Origin: a virus
DNA length: 64,000 nt
Virus record (IMG/VR): IMGVR_UViG_3300032893_000008
Location: 55,224-119,223 of that record
Reading direction: 5' to 3' (one strand)
How positions within the stretch are numbered: the stretch's first letter is position 1; every line of letters starts with the position of its first letter. Below the pieces are notes generated by a model. It saw only the letters and a list, made by a program, of their open reading frames with translations. It was not told the DNA's origin and searched no databases. A program made the translations under genes and the position numbers. This document shows positions 63,276 through 64,000 of this stretch, piece by piece.

Positions 63276-64000
63276 TCACCTCTTTGGAGTGTGACCCGCA
63301 GCTTCAAGCGCTCGACGGGCCTCCGACTGGATCATCGCCGGCTCCGCTTTCTCCCAATGCTCCGGCTTCCTATCGGGAAAAGCTTCTTTTAGCGCTCGGT
63401 GCACTTCGTGCATCTCGACGCCATGTTCCTTCGCCACCGGAGTAAGCGCTCGGTTTAGCTTAGGGTGAGGGTGCGAGGCGGCGGCGCGGCGGACGTTGGG
63501 ATGCTGGTCCCCTAGCGCTCGATCCAGGTGGGCGGAGGTGGCGTTCGGGTGCGAGGCAGCGGCCTCGCGGACGTAGGGATCCGCGTCCTCTAGCGTTCGA
63601 TCTAGATTGGCGGAGGTGGCGTTCGGGTGCGAGGCAGCGGCCTCGCGGACGTAGGGATGCGGGTCCCCTAGCGCTCGATCCAGGTGGGCGGAGGTGGCGT
63701 TCGGGTGCAAGGCGGCGGCACCGCGGACGTAGGGATGCTCATCCCCTAGCGCTCGATCCAGGTGGGCGGAGGTGGCGTTCGGGTGCAAGGCGGCGGCCTC
63801 GCGGACGGAGTAGTCCGCGTCCCCTAGCGCTCGGTCCAGGTGGGCGGAGGTAGCGTTCGGGTGCGAGGCAGCGGCATGGCGGACGGAGAGATCCGCGTCC
63901 CCTAGCGCTCGGTCCAGATGCGCGGAGGTGGGGTGCGGGTGCCGAGCGGCGGCCTCGCGGACGGAGTAGTCCGCGTCCCCTAGCGCTCGGTCCAGGTGGG
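63276..64000 (-). CDS. HEAT/LRV-like 24-aa repeat protein, C-terminal part (start beyond window)
   Basis: Repeated HPNATSAHLDRALGDxxxxVRxAAA. Confidence 0.8.
   Translation of the reverse strand, partial: HLDRALGDADYSVREAAARHPHPTSAHLDRALGDADLSVRHAAASHPNATSAHLDRALGDADYSVREAAALHPNATSAHLDRALGDEHPYVRGAAALHPNATSAHLDRALGDPHPYVREAAASHPNATSANLDRTLEDADPYVREAAASHPNATSAHLDRALGDQHPNVRRAAASHPHPKLNRALTPVAKEHGVEMHEVHRALKEAFPDRKPEHWEKAEPAMIQSEARRALEAAGHTPKR
63465..64000 (-). repeat. ~72-bp tandem coding repeat, about 7 units
   Basis: Recurrent CCCCTAGCGCTCG(A/G)TCCAGGTGGGCGGAGGTGGCGTTCGGGTGC. Confidence 0.85.

Noticed and set aside
63465-64000. Possible CRISPR array
   Set aside because: 72-bp in-frame coding repeats without unique spacers; no cas genes
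1-64000. Stop-codon reassignment, DGR/retron, integrase or transposase
   Set aside because: Genes tile densely under code 11; no reverse transcriptase, recombinase or transposase motifs seen

Overview
A ~59% GC, gene-dense 64 kb segment of a large contractile-tailed (myovirus-type, probably jumbo) phage genome, read with the standard genetic code. The left arm (1-22.3 kb, mostly + strand) carries replication, repair and nucleotide genes: AAA ATPase, sigma-like factor, SF2 and Dda-like helicases, DnaB-like helicase, primase, degenerate MTase, GroEL, SbcC/Rad50, RuvC-like resolvase, class II RNR, HAD nucleotidase, dATP/dGTP diphosphohydrolase, ThyX, cupin and ATP-grasp. The 22.3-60.5 kb region (mostly - strand) holds lysozyme, tail fibre, baseplate, tape measure, two tube-like genes, sheath and neck genes, interleaved with small accessory genes and four abutting tRNAs. 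Most notable: (i) six dispersed small proteins sharing a (N/T)(G/P)LDx(A/I)(M/F) motif, C-terminal in five; (ii) a ~147-nt structured RNA candidate with its own promoter at 46.9-47.1 kb; (iii) a 121-nt tRNA-like RNA with an expanded anticodon domain; (iv) a GGTAAAAT leaderless promoter class in front of virion genes, plus a candidate phage sigma-like factor. All family calls come from motifs read by eye; no database searches were run.
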